From: Eledone cirrhosa | Lineage: Eukaryota | Length of the DNA: 64,000 nucleotides | NCBI GenBank assembly: GCA_964016885.1 | Contig: OZ024743.1 | Coordinates: forward strand, 154,938,001 to 155,002,000 | Direction: 5' to 3' | Shown: one piece after another, positions 1 through 12,399 of the stretch | Layout of the letters: every line of letters starts with the position of its first letter | Position numbering within the stretch: the first letter of the stretch is position 1 | Translations under genes and position numbers: made by a program | Notes under the pieces: model-generated | What the model was told of the DNA's origin: nothing | The model's database searches: none | What the model saw: only the letters and a program-made list of their open reading frames with translations

Positions 1-1979
1 TCTGAGGCGGAACAAACTAAGACATTCTGGAGAGGAATATGGGTGCAGGATGTTGAACATAATGACCAGGCAGTGTGGATTGAGACAGTACAAAAATAGA
101 TTAGTGAACAGGCACACCAACAAACTGATTTGAGTATCACAGTTGAAACTCTTAAGGGTCAGGCCAAAAAACTAACCAACTGGAAATTACCTGGCCCAGA
201 TGGTGTGCAGGGGTATTGGATTAAAAATATAACATCCCTCCACCCGAAACTGACAACCATGTTCAATGACTGCTTGATGTCAGGTGAGGTACCAGAGTGG
301 TTGACAAAAGGTACCACAGTTCTGGTAATGAAAGACCGAATCAAGGGTAATGATGTTACCAACTATCGACCTATCACATGTCTGTCCGTAATGTGGAAAC
401 TCTTGACAAGCGTTAGGTCTGAGGAAATCTACCATCACTTCCACACAAACAATTTGTTACCGGACGAACAGAAAGAATGCCGAAAGAAGTCCCGTGGTAC
501 AAAGGTCCAGTTACTAATTGATAATAGGGTAATGAGGAATTGCAAGAGGAGACACACAGGTCTTGCCATGGGATGGATAGACTACAAAAAGGCATTTGAC
601 ATGGTGCCTCATTCTTGGATAACCAAAGGCCTAGAGATCCTAAAGGTGGCAGATAACATCAGACAGGCGTTGGGCAAAAGTATGCAGTCCTGGAAAACAG
701 AGTTAACATCAGCTGGAGAATTCTTGGGAGGCGTGAAGATCAAGAGAGGTATCTTCCAGGGAGATAGTCTGTTCCCTCTGTTGTTTGTCCTTGCCCTGAT
801 GGCCCTGACCATTATAATGCGAAAAGTGAGAGCAGGGTACAAGTTGGGAAAGGGAGAGCTTACAATCAATCACCTCCTATTCATGGACGATCTTAAGCTC
901 TTCGGGAAGAGTAAGAAGGAGTTGGATGTGCTTGTTGACACTGTCCGTATGTTCAGCAATGATATATGTATGCAATTTGGTATTAGTAAGTGCGGAGTCC
1001 CTGTGATGAAGAAGGGTAAATTGAGGAGAAGCAACTTTTATTAAGATATTAAGGAGCCAATGCTCAGAAGTATACTGAAGGAGAGGACAATAGACCAAGG
1101 GATGTCCAAGGAGGAAATAACAACATGGAGAAAGAGCAGCCTTCATGAAAAATCTCTTCATAGTACCTTCTTTTAGAAAACTGAATTCAGAGATCCACGG
1201 ACATGGAACTGGTTGAGAAGAGGAGACCTTTAATAGGCTACAGAAGGAATGCTAATGTATGCGCAAGAGCAGGCCTTCAAAACGAAGTGGGTTGAACACC
1301 ATATTTACAAGGAGGAGGCTAGCTCACTGTGCAGGATCTATGGAGAGAGAGAGGTGACTGTGGCTCACATTGTATCCGAGTGTAAACACCTAGCCCAGAC
1401 TTTCTATAAAGGCTGGATACATAATGTGATGGGCAGGGTGATCCACTGGCACCTATGCAAAGTAAACAATTTACCACATGCTGAGAAGTGGTATGAGCAT
1501 AAGCCAGAGTCGGTTATAGAAAACGATCAGGTGAAGGTGCTGTGGGATTTTAGTATACGGACGGACAAGAAACTGTAACACAATAGACCTGACCTGGTGG
1601 TTTTGGACAAGGAAAAAAGATCGTGCCTGATTGTGGATGTGGCCTGCCCATTCGACACGAGAGTGCAAGAGAAGGAGAGGGAGAAAATTAACCGATACCA
1701 AGACTTAAAGTGGGAGGTAAAAAGTGTTTGGAACTGCCATGAATTCAAAGTGGTCCCGATTGTCATAGGCGCACTAGGTACTATCTAAAAAAGTTTCCAG
1801 GGATGGTTAAAGAAAATTGGCCCCGCCACGCTTTTTGGAACGCTTCAAAAGGCATGCTTGCTGGGTACAGCAAGAACCCTCCGATACATCCTGAATATCT
1901 GAGGCTGCAGGTAGTGGCTTGATATTCTTTTCAACAAACTTTCCAGTTAACTAACATTAATGACTGAGACTCGAAGAAC

Positions 1980-1980
<1 letters not shown>
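1..1980 (+). mobile_element. R4/Dong-like non-LTR retrotransposon with restriction-like endonuclease, copy 1 (runs off the window start, degraded)
   Basis: RT motifs in ORF 130-1044 (PGPDG, NYRPITCL, IDYKKAFD, GIFQGDSL, LLFMDDLKL), CCHC-type knuckle in 1249-1578, RLE motif RPDLVV..D..CP..KINRYQDL in about 1585-1788. Internal deletion near 1040 and stops. 3'UTR ends in (TAA)n. Confidence 0.92.

Positions 1981-2052
<72 letters not shown>
1981..2052. repeat. (TAA)n microsatellite, tail/target of Dong-like elements
   Basis: Pure ATA repeat between copy 1 and copy 2. Confidence 0.97.
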
Positions 2053-2055
<3 letters not shown>

Positions 2056-3340
2056 GAGGCTGATGGCATAAAGAACAAAAAAATGAAGGAATTGTTAAGA
2101 ACTGAATACATTCGGAGAGTAAGGAGCGTATTGAAGTCACATCTGAACAGCAGAAATGCCATAAGCGCAGTAAATTCCCGAGCTGTGTCTATTATTAGGT
2201 ACAGTGCGGGAATTCTGAGATGGAATGTTGCTGAACAGAAAGAAATGGATAGGAAGACTAGGAAGCTATTGACTATCTACAACATGTTCCACAACAGGAG
2301 TGATGTCGATAGACTCTACCTAAGGAGATCTGAGGGTGGAAGAGGTCTTATCAGCATAGAGGACTGTGTTCAGATGGAGAAAAACAACCTATACAAATAC
2401 GTGACCTATAGTAAGGAGCCAATGCTCAGAGCTGTACTGAAGGAGGGGACAGTAGGCCAGGGGATGTCCAGGGAGGAAATAACATCAAGGAGGAAGAGCA
2501 GCCTTAAGGGAAAATCCCTTCATAGTACCTTCTTTGAGAAAACTGAATTTAGAGATCCACAGACATGGAACTGGTTGAGAAGAGGAGACCTCAAAAAGGC
2601 TACAGAAGGAATGCTAATGGCTGCGCAGGAGCAGGCCCGCAAAACGAAGTGGTTGAAGCACCATATCTACAAGGAGGAGGCCAGCCCACTGTGCAGGATC
2701 TGTGGAAAGAGAGAGGAGACTGTGGCTCACATTGTGACCGAGTGTAAACACCTAGCCCAGACCCACTATAAGGGCTGGAGACACGATGTGATGGGCAGGG
2801 TGATCCACTGGCACCTGTGCAAAGTAAACAATCTACCACATTCTGAGAAATGGTATGAGCATAGGCCAGAGGCGGTGATGAAGAACAATCAGGTGAAGGT
2901 GCTGTGGGATTTTAGGATACAGACGGACAAAAAACTGGAACACAATAGACCTGACCTGGTGGTTGTGGACAAAGAAAAAAGATCGTGCCTGATTGTGGAT
3001 GTGGCCTGCCCGTTCGACACGAGAGTGCAAGAGAAGGAGAGGGAGAAAATTAACCGATACCAGGACCTAAAGTGGGAGGTGAAAAGGATTTGGAACTGCC
3101 ATGAAGTCAAAGTGATCCCGATTGTCATAAGCGCACTGGGGACTATCTCCAAAAGTTTCCAGGGATGGTTAAAGAAAATCGGCCCCTTCACGCTTTTTGG
3201 AACGCTTCAAAAGGCATGCTTGCTTGGAACAGCAAGAACCCTCCGATACGTCCTGAATATCTGAGGCTGCAGGTAGTGGCTTGATATTCAATCCAACGGA
3301 CTTTCCAGTTAACCAACATCAATGACTGAGATTCAAGAAA
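2053..3340 (+). mobile_element. R4/Dong-like element copy 2, 5'-truncated; uninterrupted thumb, CCHC and RLE coding region (2053-3264)
   Basis: RLYLRRSEGGRGL, CRICGKREETVAHIVTEC, RPDLVVVD..D..CP..KINRYQDLK. Near-identical 3' end to copy 1, followed by (TAA)n at 3339-3386. Confidence 0.93.
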
Positions 3341-3350
3341 TAACAATAAC

Positions 3351-3388
<38 letters not shown>

Positions 3389-3639
3389 ACCTCAAACTCA
3401 AAATATACAGAAATTAACACCGGAGAAGCAACCCCTATAAGCTACAATGTCACCCTACTCACCAATACTCCCAGTACCCCTCCCCCCATTATCTCCCTGG
3501 CACCACCACCAACACTACTCACACCACAAGAACAGTTTAGAAAATTCTCGTACAACTCTTACAGCTGCAACGATAACAATATCACCTCAATCAATAACAG
3601 CAATGACCATAACTATGCCGTTATAATAGTAATAATGAT

Positions 3640-6600
3640 CTCAGTACCAGCCAACAAATGCACTACCCAAAGAGCCAAGCAACTTTCCATCTACGTCCAA
3701 TACCATGCGTAACGCAAGCATGTACTGCGATATGAACAAATAAAAATTAATACTCAATACCAAATCGCTTTTCCTATTATTAATCAGGAAACGCGTCCCA
3801 CAGGAAGGTGCCAACCTCAGATCGAAAAGTCCTCCTGTGGCACAAACTCTTCTCCAATTATGGACCTGGATGGTTACTTGATCGGGGATGCACCAACTCG
3901 AGCCCTCCAGATCCAGCACCCAAACCACCTCAAATAGAAAAACATAAAAGAATAAAATGGACCCGAGAAGAGGATAAAGAAGTAATATATGCATATTACT
4001 ATGCATTAGGTACCCTTCACAAGACAGACACGCTTTAAACTCCTAAAAAATCTGGAAAACTCAGAATCAAGCTAGCAGACGTGATATGGATGGAAATAAG
4101 TTGGCAAATGTAAGGAGGTATATCCTCAGAAATAATAGACTCACACATATTGAAATAACTGCGATCAAGCAGGCTGTGAAGAATGACATACATATAAATG
4201 ATGAAAGAACTGAAGAATCTCCCGGAGATAGTAACCAGTCACAAATCTTTACTGAAAGACCTCCATCTGACCAAATCACAAATAGGTTTGTAGAAAAGAG
4301 AAGCCCTATTGAACTGGCTGAAAATAGCCAGGAGAGGGACTTAGAAACAGTAACTGAAAACCAAACATCTGCTGAAGAACACAGGGAGACTATGATGGAA
4401 TTAAAGCATGAAATACTGAATGAGCTTGCAGTAGTAAGACACTCTAATATAAATGATAGAGAACCACTTCAAAAACTCCCAAATACAAACCAAAATAGAA
4501 AACAAATAATGATTTGTAATTCTGTGACAAACGAAAACATAGAAGAACTAGAACCTGCTCTTACTGAGTTAAATGTAATCATTTATGCAAATGCTAGATT
4601 AATTGAAACAAGTTGTTTACCACAAAACAAAACCCAGAAAAAAAGAACTTTCGAGGTAAACTAATTTGGAGGAGTAGAATCGAAAAGGAGATTGACGTAA
4701 TGAGAGGAGAAATATTTTTTTAAGTGAGTTAACCGCTGGAAATGATATAAGATCCAAGGTAAGAAAGCTAAAGAGAAAATATGAACTGTCTTCTAGAGAA
4801 GCAATAGTTTCAATAGAAGAATCTCTGAAACGAAAAGTTCAAGTAAAAGCCCAACGAATTCGTAGATTCCAGAAGCGAAACAACTTCTATAGGCAAACTA
4901 AGTTGTTCTCATCCAATACCAAGTCATTTTAAAAAGAAGTAGTGAAGGAAAAAATATGATTGATGACCCCCCCCCCCCCCCCGTCCATAGAAGGAGTTGA
5001 AAACTTCTGGAGTAAGATGCGGAGTGATGAGAAGTCATATAATACAAATGTATTGGATTAGTCGCCTTGAAAAATCCTATACAAATTTAAAAGAACAGGC
5101 GTGGGAAGACATCTCTATAGCGGACGTAACGACAGCACTCAGTAAATCTCATCAATGGAAATATCCTTGTAGATATAGGGTGCCAAGTTTCTGGTTTTCC
5201 TCACTCCCGTACACTCATAATATATTGGTCAAGTTGTTTAATGGAATTATGAAAGATCAAAAAAATACAACTGATTGGATAGCAAGTGGCATTGCCTACC
5301 TTCTACCAAAGAACAACGAAACCAAAGATCGAAAAAACTATCGGCCCATTACATACTTGTCCACCACTTATAAACTATTAACCTCTATTCTCATGGAAAA
5401 AGCATACGTGTTTTTAGAGGAGAACAATCTTTTCCCCATTGAACAAAAAGGGTGCCGACGAGGTTCATATTGTTGCAAAGATCAACTTTTGATTAATCGT
5501 ATGATCATTGAGAGCTGTCATAATAACCACAGAAATCTCAGTTCTGCAATGATCGATTATAAAAAAGCCTTTGACAGCATACCGCACTCATGGATTCTGA
5601 AATCTCTGGACATCTTCAAAATCTCACCTGTCATCTCAAACTACCTGAAGGACAATATGTCATTATGGAACACAAATCTCCAATTGTCTCATTCCACTGG
5701 GGTACTGTGCTCTGGGAATATAAACATCAACTGTGGTATATTCCAGGGTGACTCACTTTCACCCTTGCTTTTCTGCATAGCTTTAATACCCCTCAAATCC
5801 GAGCTTAATAGAACAGGGTACGATTATAGAATTGACAACAAAAAATAAGCCACCTATTTTATATGGATGATTTGAAGCTATATTGCAAAGATAATGACGA
5901 ACTGGAAGGCCTTTTGCGGACAGTAACAACGTTTAGCGATGACATTAGGATGGTATTTGGACTTGACAAGTGTGCAGAAACCACTTTCAAGAAGGGGAAG
6001 CGTGTCAACTCAGCCTCAGTTGAATTGGATGGTGAAACAATCATAAAGGAACTTGAGCAGGAACAAAACTATACATACTTAGGGATTAATGATTGCTCTG
6101 GCATACAGCATGCAAGTATGAAAGAGAGGATACGGAAATAATGTTACAGGAGAGTACGTGCAGTTCTGAGATCAGTACTAAACGCTCGTAACAAGGTGCT
6201 AGCCATACATTCCTTGGCAGTCCCAGTTGTCACTTATAGCTTCGGTGTGTTGAATTTGAATATGAGCGAAATCAAAAGAATCGACACCAAAGTCCGTAAG
6301 CTACTGACCTGTAATATGATGCACCACCCAAAAGCAGGTGTGGATCGTGTTACCTTCAGAGAACTCAGGGAGTCCGTGGCTTGATCCAATTTGAACTTGC
6401 TTACAAGACCACCATTATTGGACTGGCCAAATACCTTGAAACAACTAACGACTGTATGCTAAAACTTGTTGAAAAGCATGAGACAAGTAAGAAGCTTCAT
6501 TATATCTTGAAGGAGAGCAAAAAATATGCTACTGACCTCATGCTTGATACCCAGGCTGGACAGACTAAAGAAACTGATACAACTGATGGTGTTAGGCACA

Positions 6601-7548
6601 TAAAATCACTGGCAAAAGCAAAAGGGCAAGGAAAATTAGCATCAAATTGGGAGCAGCAACCTCTGCATGGCAAATATGTGGCCCAAAGCTGATGTTGACC
6701 AAAAGAAGACCCATCAGTGGTTACGTAGTTTAAGCTGAAGAGAAGTGGTACAACCATTATCCTGAGTCTGTAACTGAAGGAGAAGCAGTAACAATTATCT
6801 GGGACTTTCCTGTACATACTGGCAGGACCATAAAACAAATAGACCTGACATCATTGTAAAATATCAACATAACAAGGTCTGTTAGTTGATAGATATGAGC
6901 ATCCGATGTGATCACAATATCGCGTCAAAAGAATTTGACAAGCTACGAAATTATAAAGATCTGGTTATTGAAATTGGGAAAATGTGGCACATCAAGACCG
7001 TTACAATACCAGTGATTTTTGGAAGACTGGGTATGATCAGGAAAGGAACAGAACAATATCTGCGAATGATTCCTGGTTTGCCCTCTCTGCACGAGGTGCA
7101 AAATATTGATTAGACTGGTACTGCACACGTATTGAGAAGAGCACTATATCTGTAAAATTGATACCCCTCCCTTTATTTACATATGCATATGCACATGTGT
7201 ATATATGTATAGTTTTGTTTTTATTATAATCAATGTGCTGTATTAACTGGCTTACCATTGCACACTGTGAATTTATTTGCCCTAGGTGTCGGGAAGACTC
7301 TCGCCATATATCTTAGAAACAATAATTGTTTCTACTTTAAACACAAGGCCAGCAATTACCCAGTGCATTACTGGTACTTTATTTTATAGACCTCGTAATG
7401 ATGAAAGGCAAAGTCAACCTCGGCGGGATTTGAACTCAGATCATAAAGGGACGTAACTATGCTGGAAAGCATGGCGTCCGACCCTCTACCAATACTGCCA
7501 ATCCACCGCCCCTATCTTAGAAACAATAATGAAGGAAAATAAGAACAA
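3640..7548 (+). mobile_element. Second R4/Dong-like family, near full-length pseudogenised copy
   Basis: N-terminal KWTREED motif (3808-4038), RT fragments 4997-5848 and 5863-6141 (NYRPITYL, IDYKKAFD, GIFQGDSLSP, MDDLKL), RLE RPDII..ID near 6840-7113. Multiple frameshifts. 3'UTR ends at a TAA tract. Confidence 0.88.
7327..7512 (-). mobile_element. tRNA-derived SINE (family A) with 18-bp target-site duplication
   Basis: Reverse complement of the 8412 copy. TSD TATCTTAGAAACAATAAT at 7309-7326 and 7513-7530. Confidence 0.9.
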
Positions 7549-7560
7549 TGATAATAATAA

Positions 7561-8220
7561 TATATCCTTAGTAAAGAAAGAGGACGTGGATTAATCCAGT
7601 TAGATATTGCGTTGAAAACATTTCTAAGAGAATTAAATAATTGGATGATCAAACTCGTTTTGAAACATGAAAGCATCAAAAGATCATACTCCATTACAAA
7701 ATATGCACAAAGATACAGTACTGAACTACAGATTTCAGAAGTCCCATTTACTGCTGTCATGAAAAACAGAGAAAAATTAAAGCAGGTAAAAGTAACTGCA
7801 AAGAAAGAACTGCTACAGAAACTGGCTAAGAAATGGCAAGAAATGCCTCTGTATGGAGAATGCCCAGAAAGAGCTAACAATCCCGATGTTGACAAAATGT
7901 TAACCCATCAGTGGTTGTCATCCTCTGGACTGAAATCGGAGACTGAAGGACTGATTATATCAGCACAAGATCACTGTCTGCCAACAAAAAATTATCCTTG
8001 TATAGGAGAAATACAAAAGTTAGTACTAATGGGAACTGCCCATATACTCAGGAAGATTCTGTCAATATAAACACCTAATATTGTGTGTGTGTGTATAGTA
8101 TATTCTTTCTTGAACATGGCGGACCTTGTTGTCTCTTGCAGTTACTGGTTGTGATTAGGTGATTACTCGTATGAACATAAAGCAAGATAAATGCAATAAT
8201 AAAAATAATAATAATAATAA
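7561..8220 (+). mobile_element. Third R4/Dong-like family, short internally deleted 3' fragment
   Basis: RGLIQL, QWLSSSGLKSETEGLIISAQD and terminal LMGTAHILRKILSI* match R4/Dong C-termini. Ends in (TAA)n. Confidence 0.8.
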
Positions 8221-9880
8221 AGGACTATGTTTTATGTCTTCATTATGTTTATTGCGTAATGACACGTGTTTTGCTATTGATCAACACGATGTTCGATCTG
8301 TTTCGATCTAGCCCGACTTCATTTGTGGTAATTACAGAATGATCCTCTTAGGGCGTAGAAAAAATATATGATGATTCACAATAATTCATGGTGGTCATTA
8401 TAAAACATATAGGGCGGTGGATTGGCAGTATCGGTAGAGGGCCGGACGCCATGCTTTCCAGCATAGTTACGTCCCTTTACGATATGAGTTCAAATCCCGC
8501 CGAGGTTGACTTTGCCTTTCATCCTTACGAGATCGATAAAATAAAGTACCAGTAATGCACTAAGGTAATTTCTGGCTTGTGCCTAAAGGAGAAACAATTA
8601 TTAAACATATAACAATATATTAACCACGTTTACCCACCTGAATACGAAACGCATACACCAGCCACTCTCATACACCACCAGCATCCTATTAATTACCACA
8701 ATTATTAGTATTACTTTCATTTGTATCATTAATGTTATCATCGTTATTATTACAATTTCAATTATTATTCTTTTGCTATTAATATTTCTCGTCTTACTAA
8801 TCGTATCACCCTGTATTAAGATTTTACACTTTCCTGTAGATAGGCAACTAAATTTGAATACTACTATATATTCCTGTAGGTTATTTCTCTAGGCCTATTA
8901 CTAATACATATACTTGCGTATATATGTCGATGGGCACACACAGGCTGACGTGTATGTTTGTATGTATGTTTGGGCCTATGGGCACGTATATATCTGAATG
9001 TGTGTATATACCTGGGTAAAGACATGTGTCCGTATATACGCGTGCGTGTATGTATGTAGCTATGTATACTATGTATCTGCATGTGTGTGTGTGGGGGTGT
9101 GTGATGTGAGTAGGTTAGCCCATGCAGCTTGTATAGCAGCCATTTCATTTATTCTTTCATCTATTTATTTATAAAATGTTCACTTCACCGACTAGACACA
9201 GTCCGTAATCCCGTATTTTCTAGTACTACAGACCCTTTAATATATATGGTTTACATACTAACGACACCACAGAAAACTGTAGACGCCCTAGTCCCTACAT
9301 TCCAATCCTAACTTATTTCTCATAGTATTCTTATTCTTAACTTATGTTCAATTTACTTTTATTTATTTTTATTTTTATTCTTCTCTAATAAAACTCTGAC
9401 TAAGAGGAACTCCATCTCCTATTTAGTACAGCACCGTACGCTTTTATATCCCTTCACTTACCGCTCGTAACCATCTCTACAATCTCACCCAGCAGCAGCA
9501 CTTCACTACCTAACGCCACAATGCCTACGAAACCACCAAAACACCAACTCCCGGCAACTCACACCCACCATCACTTTCCACAACCGTCTCTCTCTCACCA
9601 TTTCTTCATTATAATCCGCCTCCTCACCTATCACACATACCAAAACATTCCTTAGAGCAAAACCACCAATCAAAACTATTTCACTGACCACCATAAATGA
9701 ATGTGAATCGTTATATAATATTTTACGCCTTAAGTGGATCATTCTGCTATTACCACAAGATCCGACGAGCCTTTGATTTCAGAGTTGGACTACATCAATA
9801 CGGATCGAACCTTGAACTGATCAATAGGGAAACGCCCATCACTACTCAATAAACGTAATGAAGACATAACAAATTGTCAT
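8221..9880. mobile_element. Decayed PLE-type 3' region with inverted terminal copies and degenerate HHR
   Basis: 8225-8397 is an inverted copy of about 9683-9878. CCGACGA..long stem..GGAAAC at about 9762-9835. A related copy lies at 10775-10960 (-). Confidence 0.55.
8412..8597 (+). mobile_element. tRNA-derived SINE (family A)
   Basis: A box TGGCAGTATCGG, B box GAGTTCAAATCC, tail GAAACAATTATT. About 15-bp imperfect TSD ATTATAAAACATATA/ATTATTAAACATATA. Confidence 0.9.
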
Positions 9881-9934
9881 TTTTATTATCATATATATAT
9901 ATATATACATATACATGTGTGTGTGTGTGTATAT

Positions 9935-9967
<33 letters not shown>

Positions 9968-10036
9968 CTACTACTACTACTACACACACACACACACATA
10001 TTTGTTCATATATGTATATATATATAAACATATACA

Positions 10037-10091
<55 letters not shown>

Positions 10092-10329
10092 TACTACACA
10101 CACGCACACACATATTTGTTTTGAAAGACTTATTTTTCAGTGACTTCTCAATCAGCCGACACAAACCTAAATTTGGCGCAAAATAAATTTTTAACATTCA
10201 CATGACCTCTACCGACCAATCAAAGTTGTCTTGACCACAAGAATCTTTGCAACACCAATTGGCGCGAAACTTATTTTAATACATCTGGAGTCACTTTTTT
10301 CACATAAAAACAGGTAGAATGTCCAAAAC

Positions 10330-10518
10330 TAATCAGATTAGAGCAAACATCACGGGCGCTCTATCTCAAAATTATTTTTGAAAAGCATTAGAAATGCGCA
10401 ACCGGTAAAATTTAAAACCAAAACTGAATACTAACCAATACTATTACTAAATTTCACTTATTCCTAATTAAACTATTTTTCACTGTGAACAATTTGTCAG
10501 CATTTTCTTTTCCGTTTA

Positions 10519-10580
<62 letters not shown>

Positions 10581-10632
10581 AACGAGTAGGACCCCCACGG
10601 CTGAGCTCAAGCCGTTTCGACGGCTAATTCTG

Positions 10633-10693
<61 letters not shown>

Positions 10694-11875
10694 AACGAGT
10701 AGGACCCCCACGGCTGAGCTCAAGCCGTTTCGACGGCTAATTCTCGACTATATATATATATATATAATACAGGGACATGTGACTGCTCCTTCATTAGGTT
10801 TATTGTATGGGTTGCTGAGGCGCGCTTCGCTACTGATCTCTATCGTTCTGGCCCAAATCTGGAATTAAAAGCTCGTCGGACATCTGTTGAGGTAATGACA
10901 GAATGAACCTCTTGGGACGTAGAAAAACATATGACGATTCAGATTCATTTATGGTGATAAGTTAAATTTTGTTTTTATTGGTCTTTCGCTATATTACACT
11001 CTGGCTAGCTCTTCACCTCGATACTGACGTGAACCTAAAAACCGAGTGCTCAACCGAATGAACATACAGTAACTCCACGTTAGAGTCCCTGGATATATAC
11101 AATGAGAACATAGGAACAAGGATTCAGTGTTGCATCATATCATATTTAATAAAATATTACATATATTTCCCTACCGAACTGCTCGATGAGCCACCTATTA
11201 TTTATCGAACTAGACTCTGTAATTGAAAGATCATCAGATATGTTTCCTATGTGATCTCATCTCCGATTGTATGCTGAAGTTAACTAGCTAGTAGATATAT
11301 ACAGCGCATTCTAACGACGGGTCATCCTGCATCCGCTTGGTTTATCATATCATCAACATCATCAGCTGTCTATCCCCGAATTAACATATGTCTTTCATCC
11401 GGTCAAGCTGTCGTGTGCGTTCATGCATAGAAGACCGTCGGCCTGCCTATCACTAGTGATCTCGGTTCCTCGAGCTGATCTATAGTGAAATATGTAAGAT
11501 GTTATTAAATATGTTATGATGCAACACTGAATCCTTGTTCCATTATTCTTATAATGTTATACTCTGTCCTGCTCGAGCATTGAGTGCTCAAACAGCATAC
11601 CACCTACGGCTGCAATTTTTCTTGCACAACCATACACACACATATATATCATTTTGAGATAGAGCGTCCGTGTCGTTTGCTCTGATCAGAGCAAACAACA
11701 CGGACGCTCTATCTCAAAATTATTTTTGAAAAGCATTTAGAAATGCGCAACCGGTAAAACTTAAAACCAAAACTGAATACTAACCAATACAATTAATAAT
11801 ACTCTTTTATTCCTAATTAAACTATTTTTCAACTGTGAACAATTTGTCAGCATTTTCTATTCCGTTTACCAATAT
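10330..11875 (+). repeat. About 195-bp direct repeats (10330-10525, 11685-11875) each with an HHR-like motif, with nested insertions between them
   Basis: Near-identical repeats. TTGAAAA-GCATT..AATGC-GCAA-CCGG-TA at 10374-10411 and 11722-11759. Short inversion at 11650-11685. Confidence 0.75.
11100..11550. repeat. Foldback (inverted repeat) element
   Basis: GGAACAAGGATTCAGTGTTGCATCAT (about 11113) is inverted at about 11516-11541. Confidence 0.7.
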
Positions 11876-11924
11876 ATAATAACTTGTGTGTTACACCTCT
11901 ATTCTTTTAATATATATATATATA

Positions 11925-12360
11925 TATATTAGAATTGGTGCTCTGAAATAGCGATATATATATATGAATGTATATATAGTGTATTTTGCAATACACTGCT
12001 TGCTTAATTAAAAGCAGTTCGAAGACCGTACGCTATTGTTTTCGCGTAGTGACAGTCTCACTTACTTAAAATGTTCAGCAAACATGGGAGATAAAGCTGA
12101 CAGAGCTTTGTTTCGTACTGATTGGTACTTATCAAAGCCAAGTACGCCACCTGTTTGCTGAAAATCATGAATGTTTGATTCTTATAGAATTTCTAGTAAT
12201 AATCATGAACTGATTATACTGAGCTGTTGCCGGTGAAGCAGAAATTGAATATTAGAATTGGTGCTCTGAAATAGCGTAAGGTCTTCGAAATGCTTTTAAT
12301 TAAGAATACAGTGTATTGCAAAATACACTATATATACATTCATATATATATCGCTATATT
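11925..12360. repeat. Foldback element with short direct duplication
   Basis: 11949-12037 inverted versus 12269-12357. ATTAGAATTGGTGCTCTGAAATAGCG occurs directly at about 11928 and 12251. Confidence 0.7.
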
Positions 12361-12399
12361 CAATGCCTCCTATCCAACGCAAGAAACATACAGATACAT

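Noticed and set aside
4967-4982. Poly-C run as a regulatory or G-quadruplex element
   Set aside because: Homopolymer expansion within a decayed retrotransposon ORF, with no further support.
9846-10197. ORFs of YIYIYI, THTHTH and ERERER type here and throughout the window
   Set aside because: Translations of (TA)n, (CA)n and (GA)n microsatellites.
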